Shown here: one piece after another, positions 28,972 to 41,056 of the stretch
How the letters are laid out: each line of letters begins with the position of its first letter
Position numbering within the stretch: the stretch's first letter is position 1
Source of the DNA: Blepharisma stoltei ATCC 30299
Taxonomy: Eukaryota > Protista > Ciliophora
Assembly (NCBI GenBank): GCA_965603825.1
Contig: CBFDEM010000064.1
Span: forward strand, 1 to 64,000
Direction: 5' to 3'
DNA length: 64,000 nucleotides
Made by a program: the position numbers and the translations under genes
The notes under the pieces: generated by a model
Databases searched by the model: none
What the model was told of the DNA's origin: nothing
The model's input: only the letters and a program-made list of their open reading frames with translations

Positions 28972-30393
28972 CTAGTGATTTCTGATTTCTAATATTCGGT
29001 TATATTTCGCTAAAAGCCCACTCCTTATCGGCGCACTCAGCTGCAAAAACTCAGCCTTTAAACCTAGCGCTAAATCCACCAACGCAGTATCCAGCGACTC
29101 TACAGGATTTTCAGTAATAATTACCGACGTCCCTTTCTTTGCCGCAATCTTAGCAGAATCCACAATATCGGTGACCAAATTAGTATAATTAATTGCCAAC
29201 AAATGCGGGGCAAATGCTGCTGCCTTACTTTCTTCGCCTTGCTCAGGATCCATCAGTTCTTTTACCTTTAAATGAGTTTTGCACGCCCTAAAAGCAGAAA
29301 TTCTTTTATTATTAACCAGCCTTCCCTGCAAATTCTTATACGCATTGATATCTTCACTATAAAACGGGTCTTGCAGAAACCCTATATTTGGCTTATCATT
29401 CAGCATTTTCAAATAAAATTCAGTCAATTGGTTCACGTCTGGTGGATTTTTTTGTCCTTCCATTTCGTATTTATTGGTGTCTCTATTATAATAATCATCA
29501 GCATTACAGTCAATTCCTATCAAATAGTCTTCGCCCATCACAAAGCCTGACTGATTTACACAGTCTTCACATAGCTTTAAGCAGTCATTGATCAGGTCAT
29601 TATTTGGGATAAATCCACATTGGAACTGTTTTAGCCCTGCCTCTCCACCTTTGCCAGCTACCAAAAGCCTTCTCATTGTGTCATATAATTTTTTGCAGGC
29701 TTCATATTGCTGCTGAGGAGCCCTGCTTTCATTTCTAGTCTCATATAAGAAAAATCGTGAAAATTTTACCTTGGAGTTGACGCTTTTGCCTGTATAAAGC
29801 AAAGGGATCATTAATTTTGGCAATGGGGAGCCTTCTCATTCCCTCCTTGTCATTTTGTCAAAAATATGCTGGTATAAAGGAACTTTTTTAAAATAGGCTG
29901 CAGCAACTGCACAGGCAAAACTTAAGCTGACGCTGATATTGGTGCCGAGTCCTTGTTCTTTTGCAATTAAACTGTCAATTTTTCTTTGATTTGTGACGTC
30001 TTGTTCTCTAAGGATATCTCTTAAGGATTCTGCAGACCTAGCTGCTGTGAGCATCCCTTTGCCATCCCATCTGTCTCCGTCTAATAAATAAGAAGCTTCA
30101 TCAATCCCAGGCGAAAACGCAAAGGCAGGTGCCCAATACCGTTGTCCTTTGCTTTCACACTCAATAGACACTTCTATAGTAGGCCTAGTTTCCAATAATA
30201 ACTCCCTAGCTCTTATGTCAGTTATAAGAGGAGGATCTTCTGAAAGCTCTGCAAAAAATCCAGCTAAAAACGTATAAGGATTAGTTGGCAGATTTCTAGC
30301 GACTTCATTAACACCTTGAGATATTATTTCTTCAACTTTGAACCTAGAAATGTATTCTCTGAGCTCTCTTGTTATTAAAGGAGAATCTGCCAT
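28972..30393 (-). CDS. ENO4-like divergent enolase with an N-terminal Dpy-30/RIIa-like docking segment, 473 aa
   Basis: IRARELL...PTIEV, KMPKLMIP, IGIDCNAD, LQDPF, LAKYNRILEI; N-terminal ..PTNPYTFLAGFF. Joined at TGA 29836-29838. Confidence 0.75.
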
Positions 30394-30526
30394 TATTAAC
30401 TTTTATTATTTTCTTTTTAATAGTGATTTAAGCTGATTTTTTACTATCAGAAAAGCCTCATGAATTTTAAATGAGCACCATTTAAGCTAACGAAATTATT
30501 CAAATTTAAGCAAGATATTTATAAAA

Positions 30527-31498
30527 ATGTTCTGGGAAGCCCCAACATGTGTTGTTTGTCTCACTGAGCTTTATAATAATCTTTCAGCAGCTCCTTGCGG
30601 ACATGTTTTTCACTCTGAGTGTATTGAAAAATGTCTTTTCAGCCAATGCAAAAATTGCCCTCTCTGCAGATCTCGTGTAGTCCCGAGCAAGCTGGTGCCT
30701 TTATCTTTTAATTTGACGGCAAAAGAACAGCCTACAAAGGTTCTAGGACTTTCTGAAGAGGAATCTAAAAATTTATTGACACTTCAAAATTTAGCTGTGG
30801 AAGCTCAAAATGAGAAGAAAATATTAGAAAAAAGGCTAAAAGAAGCTGAAGGAATGGTCGCGGGAAAGTCAGAAAGTATTGCAGCTTTGCAAAAGATAGT
30901 AGAAGATGAAAGGCATAATTGTGGGAAATATCAAAAAAAGTATGAGGAATCTTTAAAAGAAGTCAGTCATAGCCAATATGAAATACAAAAATATACAGGG
31001 TTATTTACGAATGCGCATAAAAAACTAAAAGAGCTCGAATCCAAGGCAACACAATTAGAAAGTTTATCAAAATTAGTAGAAGAGCTTGAAAAACAGTCCG
31101 CATTAGCATGGGCAGAGCACGCCAAAGAAAATTTATCAATTGAGCAGCAAGCTGTACAGTTTTATAATGCGCTGCTTATCACTTCGAACTCATTAAGAAA
31201 CTCAGAAAAACAAATAAAAGAACTGAAAACTTGCAATGAGGAATATATTCAGCAGCAGTCACAAGTTAAGCGGCAAGCTGCTGCTTATAAAAAGGAAACG
31301 GAAAGCCTTAAAAAAATACTAGCTGACTTAGAAAGCAAAACAAATACAAGTAGCTTAAAAGTAAGGGTAATTTAGAGAAATCCACAAGACGTGATGCATA
31401 ATGCTTTTAATCAAAATTTTAGCTTTCCAATCACATTTCAAGACGCAAAACAGCCAAAAAAAGCACTAAGCTTGCTATCTAATAGGTCTAATGTGTAA
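30527..31498 (+). CDS. RING-finger plus coiled-coil E3 ligase (TRAIP-like)
   Basis: CVVC..CGHVFHSEC..CPLC RING; 15-nt intron 31361-31375 (gtaagggtaatttag) extends the frame to TAA 31498. Confidence 0.8.
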
Positions 31499-31574
31499 CT
31501 ATAAATAGTGAAATTGATTTATCTCAAATGCATTAATTTACTATTAAAAATTAGTAAAAATTAAATAATTCAGT

Positions 31575-32369
31575 TTATTCTTTCACCAGCACATTAGGCC
31601 TAATCTTATCAGAACACTGATTAAAATTGTTTCGAATTGGCAAAAGCCACATAAACCCGAATTTACCTCCAAAAACTTCTTCAAAGCACTCCTTAGGGCT
31701 TCTTTTCTCAATTTCTGATTTTTTGAGTATATCAATCCCAGACGTATTATTAGCAATGCAGCTTATCTGGTCATGCAGCATGACTCCTGCAAACAAGCTG
31801 AAAAATAATGTAAAAATAAAAACCAAACTCCCAACGGTAATATCAAATGACGCCTCTGAGCTCTCTTTATTGCACAAATTCGCCTCATCATGCCACAAGC
31901 AATATGTTGCTCTTAAAAAGAAAACAACAAACGTAAACAAGCAGCAAACCAAGACATAAAACAAAAATAATATAAAATGCTTCTGGTTATAAAGTCCTAC
32001 ACAATTATTCACTCACGAGCAATGGTGATCCATTTTTAAAATGCACCTTCCACAAGTCGAACAATGGTGTGTACGAGGACTTTTGAAGCATTGGCATTTC
32101 GCACAAGTTTCTGTCTGAGGATTTATACTTTTTTCCATGGCTGAATCCTTAGAAATTGAGCCAGGGTCTGTCAGTAAAGTCCTCAAGTGACATATAGAAG
32201 CCATTATAAGAAAAAATGAATAGATATTGCTCCACAAAGAAGGGTCAATAAAATTTTCGTTTCCAAGAGGGAATATTGCAATAATCTTGATAGCCCAGCT
32301 GACTCCAAACAAAATTAAATAAGTACAACAGGCGCAGATCAAGCCTTCTAAGTCTTTGTTCAGCCACAT
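31575..32369 (-). CDS. DHHC palmitoyl-acyltransferase
   Basis: [22 protein letters not shown](TGA)-VNNCVG; four TMs. Confidence 0.95.
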
Positions 32370-32981
32370 TTTTGGAGATATAATGGCTATTTTGGTTCAT
32401 TATAATTGATGACGAACTATAAATGGAGTTAAATTTTTTAATTGGAAACCTATTTATTTGAGCTGTTTGGACTGATTGTTAGTATTAGAAATTTTAATAA
32501 ATGGATGAGGAGGATCAGCTTGGTGGTTTTTTGAAAATTAAACAGATAATTCATTTTTTATTATTTTTCATCTGCAGTGCTAAATAAGGAGAGAAATGGC
32601 TTAAAAATCTAACAGCAGTTTATTAAGATAATAATAGACGAAATAATAATTTATTTTAGGATTTTCATATTTCTCTTTTTAATGCCATTCCTTAATAAGT
32701 CTCCATTTTCTTGATGTGTTTAAAGTATCTTGGATTAAAACCACAAATACATATTATTAGCTGTCCAAATCCTTATCTAATAGAAGATCTCTAATAATTA
32801 TCAATGACTAACCATATTCCTATCACTATAAAAAGTCTTATTCTAAACACCTGATACCCTCTGATCTATCTTTTTCTAATACCCAGTGCATCACCTTCTT
32901 TATCTCTTATCAGCCCTGGCCAGTTTTATTCCATAAATTTTAATACCAAATTATTTAATAAAAATTTCTGTTCACCGGCTA

Positions 32982-34265
32982 ATGAGTCTGAACAATAGTT
33001 TGAATTTGAAAATCCAGCGTGGAGACGAGATCAGGAAAATCCATCACCTTCCTCAAACATGGGCTGACCTTCAAGGAGCCCTTCTTGATTTATATGGGAG
33101 TACTGACTTCCAAATCACTTATATAGATGATGAAGGTGACCAAATCCTGGTCTCAAATGATGAAGAACTGGCTGATGCCTATGAGTTCGCTAAAGGAAAA
33201 TTCAGCCTAAAGCTTATTGTCAAAGAAAAAGGACAAGTGGCTCCAGAGCCTCAACAAATCCCAGTCGAAGAAAATAAAGAAAAAGGACAAGTGGTGCCAG
33301 AGCCTCAACCAATGCAAGTCGAAGAAGATAAAGAAGAAAGTGAAAGTGAAAGCTCAGAAGATGAAGAAAAAGAGGAGAACTATGAAGAGGTACCTGTAGG
33401 ACAAATGTTCGACATGATCAGAAACCATCCTCTAGCCCAACAATTCTGCCAAAATTTCTGCCCACAGCAAGCTACCTGTGATAGCTGCAATAAAACAATA
33501 GAAGGTGTGCGCTACAAATGTTCAGTGTGCCCTAACTTTGACTTCTGTGAAGAATGTGAAGCTACCCAAGCCCATCCTCATCCGTTTATCAAAATTCCTA
33601 ATGAAGCTCCTCAATTCCCAGGGCCTCCTCCATTCTTAGGACACCCAGGTCAACACCCTGGCTATTTCCGTGGACACCCTGGCTATATCCGTGGACACCC
33701 TGGTCATTTCCGTGGACATCCTGGTCATTTCCGTGGACACCCTGGTCATTTCCCAATGCATTCGCCTCCTCCATTTGTCGACTTTATCAACCAATTCGCT
33801 CAAAATTTCAAAAAGCCTAAAAGATTCCACTTAACCATAATAGAGCACCTTTTAAAGAAAAAACAAGAAGTTTGCCCTGGAGAAGTCATACAAGCAGGAT
33901 GGACAATTAGAAATACAGGGACTGAAGACTGGCCTGAAGGCACAAAAGTGGTCTTTGCCAAAGGGTCATTGAATCCTCTTGAAGAAATTACATTGCCAAG
34001 AATTCCTGCAGGACAACAGCAAGATGTGATTATTGAGTTCATTACGCCTATGGAGCTAGGAAAGCAAAAAGGAGTTTGGAAGCTTCAGGTTGGCGACAAA
34101 AGGTTTGGAAGATTGCCTATCACAGTGAATGCTGTGACGGCAGAAACTTTTGAAGAGAAGATTGCACGCTTAGTGACTATGGGGTTTAGCGAAGAAGAAG
34201 CAAGAAGAGGCTTAGAAGCAGCAAAAGGAGATCTGAATCAAGCAGTCTCAAAGATATTTGCGTAA
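32982..34265 (+). CDS. NBR1: NBR1/p62-type selective autophagy receptor (PB1-ZZ-FW-UBA)
   Basis: PB1 (YIDDEGDQI), ZZ (CDSC..RYKCSVCPNFDFCEEC), FW (WTIRNTGTEDWP), UBA (MGFSEEEA). Confidence 0.88.
   Translation: MSLNNSLNLKIQRGDEIRKIHHLPQTWADLQGALLDLYGSTDFQITYIDDEGDQILVSNDEELADAYEFAKGKFSLKLIVKEKGQVAPEPQQIPVEENKEKGQVVPEPQPMQVEEDKEESESESSEDEEKEENYEEVPVGQMFDMIRNHPLAQQFCQNFCPQQATCDSCNKTIEGVRYKCSVCPNFDFCEECEATQAHPHPFIKIPNEAPQFPGPPPFLGHPGQHPGYFRGHPGYIRGHPGHFRGHPGHFRGHPGHFPMHSPPPFVDFINQFAQNFKKPKRFHLTIIEHLLKKKQEVCPGEVIQAGWTIRNTGTEDWPEGTKVVFAKGSLNPLEEITLPRIPAGQQQDVIIEFITPMELGKQKGVWKLQVGDKRFGRLPITVNAVTAETFEEKIARLVTMGFSEEEARRGLEAAKGDLNQAVSKIFA
33639..33755 (+). repeat. Coding 21-nt minisatellite, (GHPG[YH][FI]R)n
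   Basis: About 5 units of ggacaccctggNNNttccgt inside NBR1. Confidence 0.9.
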
Positions 34266-34343
34266 GGCTAATTAAGCTTTTCTTTAATTTTGACTGATTA
34301 TATGTATATTAAAATTAAAATTGTTATAAGTTAGTCCTTTATT

Positions 34344-34985
34344 ATGTCTGTATATGGAGGATTTGCTACTAGAGCTCAGGAGTCAGCTTATAACGGTCTT
34401 CTGTCAAGTCTAATTGACTTATTGCATCTCCACGCAATTTCTTATATCCAAAACTGTACTTTCTATCCAGTGCCCTTAGATTTCTCAACATGGTCAGAGA
34501 AATTTGCAAGAATCCATAAGAACATGACAAGTCTAGAAACCCAAAAATACCAGCCGCCTAAGTTTTCACTACTAACCCAGCCCTTAGCTGACCTTATAAT
34601 GCCTAAACTCAATATAAGCAGAAACTCAAAACAGTCAAGTAAACGAGTTACAAGGGAAAACAGCAGTTATTATAAGTTTGATGACAGCAAGACAAATGTT
34701 GACAGTACTCCAAACACTAGGAGATACCAAAACTTTAGCATTTCCCAAGATATTGATATTATGCTAATGCAAGAAAACTTCAAAATTGAAGAAAGAACTC
34801 CTAGAGAGCCAAGGGTAAGGCAAAAGAAAAAAGTTTCAATAGAAAATTCAAGAAACTGAAGTAACACAGCAAGGTCTTTTTATAAGTCGCCAAATAAAAA
34901 GCCAATAGGTGCGAAATTAATACAGAAATATCAAGATGAAGCTTTGATGCGAATTCTTAAGGATTTATCATCTTCAGATGGATAG
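34344..34985 (+). CDS. Hypothetical protein (starts MSVYGGFATRAQESAYN)
   Basis: Reads through TGA 34857-34859 to TAG 34983-34985. Probable stop-free 15-nt intron at 34456-34470 (gtactttctatccag). Confidence 0.7.
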
Positions 34986-35127
34986 TCCTGCATTAAGCTG
35001 ATTTTAATTGTAATAAAGCTTTACTATTCAAGTTTGAAATGGTTTCATTGAATAATTGCTAACGACTATTTTTTTTAGATTTATTATATCTATAAGTATG
35101 AACTATTACTTCATAATTTAAAACAAA

Positions 35128-35721
35128 ATGTCCGTTAAAGTTGCTATATTCCTAACCCTCGTTTTCTCAGTCTTTTCTATCGAAACCAAGACTCAAGGTG
35201 TAATGGGCACCCATTTCTTACAAGCAATCAAATACGATCCTGACGTCGAAATCGCAAAATTCGTTAATGGTCAGGAAAGCTTTAATGGAGTCAATTCAAG
35301 ATTCTATTATTGGAAGAACACTGGTTCCATATCTGCTGAAGAATATGATCAAGCAATCGCTAAGATTGATGCTGCTTATATAGAAAAGTATGGACAAGCT
35401 CCACCTACTGACTTACCAGAAACCTATGTAAATCAAAAAGCAACCTCAACGGCCTTCCTCCAAAACCTAGGTGACGACATCATTGACGAAATGTACACAG
35501 ATGTCCAAAACGGTGAAGCTACCTTAGCCCAAGCAGAAGCTCAGCTTCCATTTTTGCGTGATAAAGGCTACATTTCTCGAGAGCAGTATGATCAAGCCAT
35601 TATCGATTTCAAGAATCTTGGAGATGAACTCGCCAAAGATGCCACCTTATTCCTTGAATCCAAAGAACTTACCCCAAGTGATAACTTTCAAGGCATGGAA
35701 ATGATAGAAATGAGTGACTAA
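35128..35721 (+). CDS. Secreted acidic protein, candidate extrusome/granule cargo
   Basis: Signal peptide, acidic composition, repeated FLQ/FLE and ISxExYDQAI motifs. Confidence 0.7.
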   Translation: MSVKVAIFLTLVFSVFSIETKTQGVMGTHFLQAIKYDPDVEIAKFVNGQESFNGVNSRFYYWKNTGSISAEEYDQAIAKIDAAYIEKYGQAPPTDLPETYVNQKATSTAFLQNLGDDIIDEMYTDVQNGEATLAQAEAQLPFLRDKGYISREQYDQAIIDFKNLGDELAKDATLFLESKELTPSDNFQGMEMIEMSD

Positions 35722-35755
35722 GATAATTAAGTATTTTCCTTATATTTTTTCATAA

Positions 35756-37132
35756 ATGGGTTCAGCATGCTGTGGACGAAATTATGAAGGTAGCTTATAA
35801 TCAGGTAACGAACGAATGCTGCTTAAGAGAAAACGAGGCTCGAGCGAGGACATCTCAACGCTTCTATCGCCACCTCCAGAACTAACAAAAAATTACATAG
35901 GACTTCCAAACCGCTTCGAGCATCAAGGCAGTGCCTCTATCTGTGTCGGTCTCGCAGGGATCGAAAACCTAGGAAACACTTGCTACATAAGCTCAGCCTT
36001 ACAATGTATTTTGAACACTCAGCCACTAATTGACTATTTTCTTGCAGGAGTCCATGAAGATGAAATTAATCCAAAATTCAGTGGCGAGCTTACCAGAAGC
36101 TTCGTAGAGCTAGCCAAAGCTCAATGGCTGAGCGAATACGAAAGTATAGTACCACGGTATTTAATTAATTTGGTATGAGAAACTGCAGCACAGTTCGAGG
36201 CCGGAAAACAAAATGACTGCCATGAATTCCTTTCGTATTTTTTGGATCAGATACATGAAGAGCTTAATAGAGTAGCCAGACCAGGGACTCCAAGTGTAAT
36301 TGAAAATAATGGAGAAAAAGATGAAAGGCAGGCTGCAAAAGCCTGACATGAGTATTTGTCTTATAACTGCTCAGTTATTGTAGACCTATTTCAAGGGCAG
36401 CTGAAGTCGACGCTGAAATGCAGTGAGTGTGGGTTTATTTCAGCCACTTTTGACGTGTTTATGTATCTGTCAGTCCCAATTGCGAAAAAATCGTGCACTC
36501 TTGAAGACTGTTTGCTTGAGTTTACGAAGGAAGAAATTTTAGATGGGCCTGAAAAATGGTTCTGTCCATGCTGCAACCAAAAATGCAAGGCGACCAAGAA
36601 GTTTGATTTGTGGAAGCTGCCACCTGTTTTGATTATCCACCTTAAAAGGTTCAAATATAATAAATGCGAAATTTCGAAGCTGGAATCATTTGTAAAGTAT
36701 CCAACAGCAAATTTGAATTTGACGAAATATATATTGTCAAATCAAAAGGAGCCTCCAAATTATGATCTTTTTGGGACAATCAATCATTCAGGGACTAATC
36801 AAAATGGACATTATACAGCGACGTGCAAAAACAAGCATGATCAGAAATGGTATCATTACGATGATGAAAAAACGAAGAGAGTTAATTTAGAAGAAACGGT
36901 GACGAGGAACGCCTATGTGCTGTTTTATTTTAAAAATTCAATTGATCAATTTTTCACTCAGTCTTCTAGACTCCCAGAGTATTGGCCTCATATACTGAGC
37001 AAGGATATCACTGTAAATAACACTGAAAACGACGAGCAGCGGTCATCAGGATTGGCTACAGATTTTCCAAACCAGACTGCTGAGCTTGGAAGTTTTAATA
37101 CAATAGATAATCCATTTGATAATAATATATAA
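35756..37132 (+). CDS. Ubiquitin-specific protease (USP2/8-like, C19) with MGSACC N-terminus
   Basis: Cys box GIENLGNTCY, His box GHYTA, WYHYDD; intron 35790-35804; two TGA-Trp codons. Confidence 0.9.
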
Positions 37133-37293
37133 TTACAGATTGAAAATAATTTCTATGCTTTTTTCTTAATTCTAAAGCAATTATAGCTTATTCTATTCTC
37201 ATTTTTATATTATCAGATTTCATTAGATTACTAAATGTCCCTTAACAAAAAATTAAAAATGGTTATATAAAACTACCCCAAGGTGCCAACATC

Positions 37294-37482
37294 ATACCTT
37301 CTCGGCCTTTTGGCTAAGATCAAGTGTAGTATCTGTTCTTATCAGTGTGAAAACTGGTATCCACCCTACTGGGTGGCGTTTTTCACATCAATTTTTTATT
37401 GGGAGCGAGGCATCCCCAGCTTGCTGGGACCTTGCAACGGGTTGCCCTTGTATTGCACTTACCTCAAGGAGCGGCCCACCCC
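37294..37482 (+). ncRNA. U2: U2 spliceosomal snRNA
   Basis: ATACCTTCTCGGCCTTTTGGCTAAGATCAAGTGTAGTATCTGTTCTTATCAG is the conserved U2 5' end, including the GTAGTA branch-pairing sequence. Also an Sm-like T tract, hairpins IIb and III, and the stem-loop IV ATTGCAC loop. Confidence 0.96.
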
Positions 37483-37524
37483 ATCTTCAAAAAACCAACT
37501 GAATAATTCCTATTTAATTTAATT

Positions 37525-38529
37525 ATGTTCCCACACATTTTGAAAAGATGTATAGGGGAGCATTACCCAGTCATGTGGCGAAATATCGTAGAAATCGTCG
37601 AGTCCAGGTTCCCACAGGACAGCAAACTCCTCGTAGGCGATGCCACAGTTGGAGCTGGAGGCCATTCTCGAGCTTTACTTGAGCTATATCCAAATTCCCG
37701 CATCATAGGAGTCGACATCGACAAAGAAATGCTTGCAATTGCAGAGAAAAACACAGCGGATTTTTCTGATAGGATAAAATTCCACCACACATCATACACA
37801 AACATGTTTTCACTGCCAAGATTCCCTGAAGAATTCACATCTGGAAAAGGCTTTGATGTCCTAATTGCAGATTTAGGCCTAAGCTCAGTCCATTTAGACA
37901 CCCCTGAGCGTGGCTTTGCATTTAGGACAGATGGGCCATTAGATATGAGATTTGACAGGACTAAAAATCAGCTGACGGCTGAAAAAATTTTAAATCATGC
38001 AAGTGAGTATGAATTAGTTGATATTTTTAAACGGTACGGAAATGAACAATACAGTGAGACTGCAGCAGAGATTATTTGTCAGTATAGAAAGGAAAATAAA
38101 ATAACTAGCACAATGCAGCTTACAAAAGTTTTGAATTACGCTTTTTATATAGCCAAGTCTTTTAAGAAGTATGATAATATTACAAGGATTTTCCAAGCTT
38201 TAAGGATAAAGGTTAATAATGAGCTGGATAATGTGGAAAATTTTTTGAAAAATGCGATTAATAATTTAGATGAAAAAGGTGTTTTGATAGTCATAAGTTT
38301 CCATTCTCTGGAAGATGACATTGTACACAAATATATGAAGAAAGCAGTAAGATTTAGTTAGAATGGACAGTTTATTGTGGAGTATAAAACTTGGAAGCCA
38401 ATGGAGCCTGGGCATGAAGAGATGATAGAAAATAGCAGGAGCCGATCAGCGCTGTTAAGATACTTAATAAAGCGAGACTTCAACAAAGAAAAGAAAATTG
38501 GACATGAAAGTCGTAAATTAATTAATTAG
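37525..38529 (+). CDS. METTL15: RsmH/MraW (METTL15) mitochondrial rRNA m4C methyltransferase
   Basis: HYPVM, DATVGAGGHS, DLGLSS, GPLDMRFD, FQALRIKVNNEL, ISFHSLED, NSRSRSA; intron 38347-38361. Confidence 0.93.
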
Positions 38530-39352
38530 CTTCAGTAAGCTTGGAATTTTTAAGTTTCCATTCTTCGTAGGATCCGCCGTACATTCTTACATGGTGGTTG
38601 CCAATATGCTTTAAAATTACGTAAGCAACGCATGATGTGTTTCCTTTAAGGCAAGTACCGATAACCCTACTATTTATATAAATTCCATGGTCTTCGAGGA
38701 TTTTTATGATTTCTTCTCTTGGTTTCAATGTTTTTTCGTCAGTCAGCAAGCTTAAGGTAGGGAGATTTATTGAGTGGGGAACGTGCCCAGCTTCAAATAT
38801 ATTGCTAGGTCTTGGATCTCACAATATACAAGAACTGAATCCGAGTTCTATAGATGACAACAAAGTAACAATTTCTTCATATAAAACTACCATCTCTTTG
38901 TTTTCCACATATTGGTAATGCTCCAAAGACTCAGCTGCATTTTCCATTAAAGGGTAGATGCCAGAATCTGTTGGGCGTCCCTCTTTTAACCATTTCACAA
39001 GACCGCCATTTAAGATTGAAACTTGTGGATAGCCGAAATATTTCAGCATAAAATAGCCTCTTGGAGCATAGCCAAGACCTGTTTGGTCATACACGATAAC
39101 TTTTTTACCGTCATTCGGAAGGCCTAGTTTGACCATAAAATCAGCAAAAACACTTGCCGATGGCAAGGCATTCGACAAGGGCGAGTTTGCATCTTTGATT
39201 TCGCTGATACTGAAAAATATCGCTGACCTGATTCTAAGGTTAGAATGGTTTTCTTTTGCACTGGCTACCATGCTGGAGTCAATAAAGTAGCAAAGTCCTT
39301 CATCAAGAAGTTCCTGGGCTTTGTCGGTTTCTATGAATATGTTGTCCTCCAT
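38522..39352 (-). CDS. Tandem-domain sulfurtransferase (MPST/TST-like)
   Basis: Two rhodanese domains, GHVPHSIN, active-site loop CLKGNTS, YGGSYEEW; TGA at 38819-38821. Confidence 0.88.
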
Positions 39353-39532
39353 TATATTTCTACTAATTATTATCTTATATTAAATATAACGATTTTTTTT
39401 CCAGCTATTTCATATTTAAAACTAAAGAAACGGCTAAGTCTAAAGAAACTACATTGATAATAAATATACAGAAAAATTCAAAGAGAATCAATTGGGACAG
39501 CTAAATATTTCATATAATCAAATCTATTCAAA

Positions 39533-40186
39533 ATGGCAGGCAATCTGGAGGAAGAAGAATACGATTATCTCTTCAAAATCGTGCTCTTAGGAGAAAGCGG
39601 TGTCGGAAAATCCAACATCCTGTCAAGATTTACCAAAAACGAGTTCAACCTTGAAATCAATGCCACAATCGGAGTAGAATTTGCAGCTAAATGCATCTAG
39701 CACGAAGGCAAAGCTATAAAAGCACAAATCTGGGACACAGCTGGGCAAGAGCGCTTTAGGGCAATTATTTCTTCTTATTATAAAGGCGCAATGGGCGCTC
39801 ACTTAGTTTATGATATTTCAGAACATGCAACATTCGAAAATTTAGACAGGTGGGTCAGCGAGTTCAGGTCAATTGCTCAGCCAGATTTAGCAATAATTTT
39901 GATTGGAAATAAGTGTGATATGGCCTATGCTAGAGAAGTGGCTCAAGATGAAGCTATTAGGCACGCCGAACGACTAAAAATCCCATTTTTTGAAACAAGT
40001 GCTTTGGACTGCACCAATGTAGAAGTGGTGTTTATGGAGCTGCTTACTACTATTGCAAGGCGAACTTATGCAAGTTTTGTTACTAAATTAGCTGATAAAG
40101 TAGATATTTCAAAGATTAATACGATTAAGTTAGTAACTGGGAAGAAAAAGAAGAAAGGATGCTATAAGGGTTGATTAAATCATTAA
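39533..40186 (+). pseudogene. Rab11 pseudogene
   Basis: CAG->TAG at 39698-39700, many missense changes, CC prenylation motif lost (GCYKG), and stop TAA->TGA. Confidence 0.85.
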
Positions 40187-41056
40187 TTATAAGTGTCATG
40201 TCTAATATGAAGACAAAATGAGACAAAGATATGCATATTGGCAAATAATATTATAGAAAAAAGCATAAACTGCTTTTAAGTAACTAGTTAGCTAAGCCTT
40301 AGTTTTTGCTGTTAAAATTTCCTTTTTCAAGTCTTCAATCATCCCTGTCAAGTGGGATGATAAAGCTTCATAGCTATTTGGGAGCGACTCAAGCTTGCTA
40401 TTCACGTTTTTACTGTATAGAATATTACTTCACGAATTGTCCAATCTTCAAGAAAAAGCCTGATTCGAAGTTGGCTGCAGGCTGAAGGTTTCCTTGGGTA
40501 TCGAATGGTAGCTCTTTTTCATCTTGCCCTTCTTTCACTTTACTATAGAAGGCATTATATTTGTCAAAGGCAGCCTTCTTTCTTGCAGCTTGTTCTAGAC
40601 ACCTATGAGCATCTTTATAGACTTGGAGGAAACTTTTAGCTTCAAAGAATTGATCTTCAGATATAGCTGGGAATAAATTTAGAAAACTTAGAGCGTTTTG
40701 GAAGTAACAAAAAGCCCGTTGATAGCTTATATCAGTAGTTAGTTATATATTTTCGATAATTAATTAAGTGATTCAATTATTTGCTTTTATGATTTGATAG
40801 AAATTCTTCTAATAAGTTAAAAATAATTGACATTAAAAATATTTCTTCATTCAGCAACAACTTGCTGACATTTTTACAACTAGACAAAGTCCTTTTACCT
40901 AGATGTCAATTCTGCATATTCTTTCTATTATTGTACAAGTAAAACAAATCTTTTGCACTAAGTCTAAAGAAATTACATTGATATTAAATATATAGAAAAA
41001 TTCAAAGAGAATCAATTAGGACAGCTAAATCTTTCATATAATCAAATCTATTCAAA

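Noticed and set aside
37283-37522. 79-aa ORF
   Set aside because: It is the U2 snRNA gene read as protein.
39698-39700. TAG read as Gln in the first Rab copy
   Set aside because: TAG terminates many intact genes here, and this copy has other inactivating lesions.
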